This document shows, one piece after another, positions 5,608 to 7,418 of a stretch of DNA of 7,418 nucleotides. The notes below the pieces were generated by a model that was not told where the DNA came from, searched no databases, and saw only the letters and a program-made list of their open reading frames with translations. Both the position numbers and the translations under genes were made by a program. The stretch spans positions 1 through 7,418 of the forward strand of contig NZ_PGGB02000018.1 in NCBI RefSeq assembly GCF_002803295.2, in the 5' to 3' direction. Each line of letters begins with the position of its first letter. The stretch's first letter is position 1. This DNA is from Caedibacter taeniospiralis. GTDB lineage: Bacteria > Pseudomonadota > Gammaproteobacteria > Francisellales > Francisellaceae.

Positions 5608-6744
5608 CTATCTTCTATTTTTCTGCCAGTTTGTATATGGAATACCTGTATTGGTTTTTGTATAGCTTGGTGATTTTTGTTGATCACCTAATGCGTTGAA
5701 ATAATTTCCTAACGCCATCGAGCCGCCCATAACACCCAGTTGTCCTAACGTTTCTCCAAATTTAGGTGGTTGAGCTTGAAAATATCCCATCTGATGTGCG
5801 TAGTGTTGATTCAGTGCGCTCAGCTGTGCATTGTGAGCATTGAGTTTGTTGACATATTCAGCCATCGATACGGAGGGCGCCATAGAGCGATTCGCTTTTT
5901 CAAAATCGCCTGTCACAATACCTTCTCCAATGCCAATGCGAGCTTGCTGACGCGCAATATCATGAGCTTCTGCATGATTTTTTAAATCATACGCCATGGA
6001 AACTGCTTCAAGCTGCTTGGCACGCTGATTTTCCTGAAGTGCAAAGTCGGTTAATTTGTGTTGGCGCTCTGCTTGATATCTGCTTATATCTACTTCAAAT
6101 TGCTTATGAGCGAGTTCTTGACCGTAGATTTCAGCGTCAATATTCGCTTTTGTTTGAGCGATAGCTTGTTCTTTGACTAAACGTGCGTGTAAATCATTAG
6201 CAGCACTGCTATCTATATGACCTGAACGACTTAATCTCTCATGCAATGCAAATTCATTTTGTCTGAAAGCTTCATCAAGATCAAGCACAGTCTTTTGCAT
6301 CGCTTTAAAAGCATTCACTTGCTCTCTAAATTGTTGTTGATTTGGAACATCCGATCCTAATACCTCGGCTAAATTATCCAGTCTTTGATCATTTATCTGT
6401 GCAAAAGTATCAATAATCGATTGGTAAGCATGCACAGAAGAGGGCTCCACACGATAAAGCTCATTGAGTTTACTGATGGATTCTGCCAAAATTTGACTGC
6501 CAATTCTAAAAGTTTCCGCTTCTTCTGGAGTACGGTCAGTACGCGCAATAACCCGTCGCTTTTTGCCATCAGAGCCAACAACAATCGATGATTTCACGCC
6601 AGCTATCTCATCAATAACATCCATCATATCTTCAGGTTTCGGCGCCTCTGGAAGAGAAGGCGCTTGAGGCGGTTTTCGCCTTGAAGAATGATTAAGTAAA
6701 GCACCTCCTAAGGCAAGTCCGCCAGCAATTATAGCTCCCCACAT
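5608..6744 (-). CDS. Putative phage virion/DNA-delivery-like protein (378 aa) with N-terminal hydrophobic segment
   Basis: Starts MWGAIIAGGLALGGALLNHSSRRKPPQAPSLPEAPKPEDMMDVIDEIAG, a short glycine-rich hydrophobic N-terminus then a proline-rich linker, as in several phage ejection/head-tail proteins. The rest is helical and Q/A-rich. Minus-strand GAGGAT (plus 6751-6756) 6-8 nt before the ATG is a good Shine-Dalgarno. Confidence 0.55.
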   Translation of the reverse strand: MWGAIIAGGLALGGALLNHSSRRKPPQAPSLPEAPKPEDMMDVIDEIAGVKSSIVVGSDGKKRRVIARTDRTPEEAETFRIGSQILAESISKLNELYRVEPSSVHAYQSIIDTFAQINDQRLDNLAEVLGSDVPNQQQFREQVNAFKAMQKTVLDLDEAFRQNEFALHERLSRSGHIDSSAANDLHARLVKEQAIAQTKANIDAEIYGQELAHKQFEVDISRYQAERQHKLTDFALQENQRAKQLEAVSMAYDLKNHAEAHDIARQQARIGIGEGIVTGDFEKANRSMAPSVSMAEYVNKLNAHNAQLSALNQHYAHQMGYFQAQPPKFGETLGQLGVMGGSMALGNYFNALGDQQKSPSYTKTNTGIPYTNWQKNRR

Positions 6745-6799
6745 CGTCTTATCCTCGATAATTTCGTTATTCTAAACTGTCTGAGTTTTTCTAAATGTT

Positions 6800-7418
6800 T
6801 CATGAAACACGTCTCCAAAAAAGAAGTTTGTAATGCAAAATATTCAACCCATGGCGGTGGGCCTCACCATGGCCTGTCTCTTGGGTTTGTTTCGTTGAAA
6901 TACCCGCATACGCTGCTAAATTAATTTGTCCTGCTGTCATCCCATAGTTGCCAACGACACTTATACCGTGTGAATGTGGCGGAATTTGTCCAACAGTCAA
7001 TGTCGTCAACTCTGTTGCGCCAGTATCTATCCGCTCTTTACCCATTTGCTGACCAGTATTTTCAGAATTACTCGTCATAATGGAGTATCCTTCCTGCAAT
7101 AATTCCCACGCAACATAATCTGAGCCGTGCATTGGTGGTGTAACATAAATGAAGCCGATGAATATACTGCCTATAGGATGAAATTGATTCAGTAGTTTCA
7201 AAGCAGCATTCGATTGAATTTCCTCGATTCTCTTGATTTTTTCTTCTAATTGCAATGAAGTGTTATGATGCTCTTTACTCATCATTGCAAAATTTTCTGC
7301 AATCTCATTCCCATCAGTCAGATAGGACAGATAAGGCAAATAGCCAAATGTTGGATGATTCGGGTTAAGTGGAAATTTGCCAACAATATTGGCGAGCATG
7401 CAAAACAAAACTTCACCA
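6800..7418 (-). CDS. Phage tail-fibre/collar-like protein, C-terminal part (5'-truncated by the window)
   Basis: Contains LLNQFHPIGSIFIGFIYVTPPMHGSDYVAWELLQEGYSI, ELTTLTVGQIPPHSHG and HGEAHRHG...LFWRRVS. This is the usual layout of phage tail-collar/Gp10-like C-terminal domains (PVGSIY..., LT..E.P.H.H, ...WKR). The frame stays open upstream of the TTG at 7408 to the window edge. Confidence 0.75.
   Translation of the reverse strand, partial: GEVLFCMLANIVGKFPLNPNHPTFGYLPYLSYLTDGNEIAENFAMMSKEHHNTSLQLEEKIKRIEEIQSNAALKLLNQFHPIGSIFIGFIYVTPPMHGSDYVAWELLQEGYSIMTSNSENTGQQMGKERIDTGATELTTLTVGQIPPHSHGISVVGNYGMTAGQINLAAYAGISTKQTQETGHGEAHRHGLNILHYKLLFWRRVS

Noticed and set aside
5476-6591. Plus-strand ORFs 5476-5673, 5770-5985 and 6385-6591, and minus-strand nested ORF 6393-6584
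   Set aside because: All overlap the 458- or 378-aa coding frames, are short, and have no recognisable domain.
7406-7408. TTG at 7406-7408 as the true start of the tail-like protein
   Set aside because: The reading frame stays open to the window edge (GEV before LFCMLANIVG). The start codon is more likely outside the window, so this is treated as a partial CDS.

Overview
This 7.4 kb window is coded almost entirely on the minus strand. It joins two modules. Transcribed first (window coordinates ~7418 to 2228) is a phage-like virion/DNA-delivery module: a tail-collar/fibre-like protein (5'-truncated by the window edge), then three compact ORFs of 378, 458 and 660 aa. These have glycine/alanine-rich hydrophobic segments and long charged or glutamine-rich helical stretches, as in podovirus-type ejection (internal virion) proteins. 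Transcribed next, after a 250-aa protein of unknown function, is an R-body (refractile body, 'killing trait', RebB-family) locus. It has three paralogous small proteins of 114, 105 and 81 aa sharing the VNSQITDSVTQTN core, and the start of a fourth ORF cut by the window edge at a BamHI site. Size and order match the rebA/rebB/rebD(/rebC) locus that I recall from the phage-derived plasmid of the Paramecium endosymbiont Caedibacter taeniospiralis; this identification is from memory and was not searched. The R-body system is therefore not new in itself. The points worth a second look are its placement directly behind a phage delivery module, the intervening 250-aa orphan protein, the rebA promoter with an adjacent perfect palindrome, the hairpins between the reb genes, and a 71-bp nested inverted repeat between rebB and the third reb paralogue. 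All annotated plus-strand ORFs look like antisense shadows.
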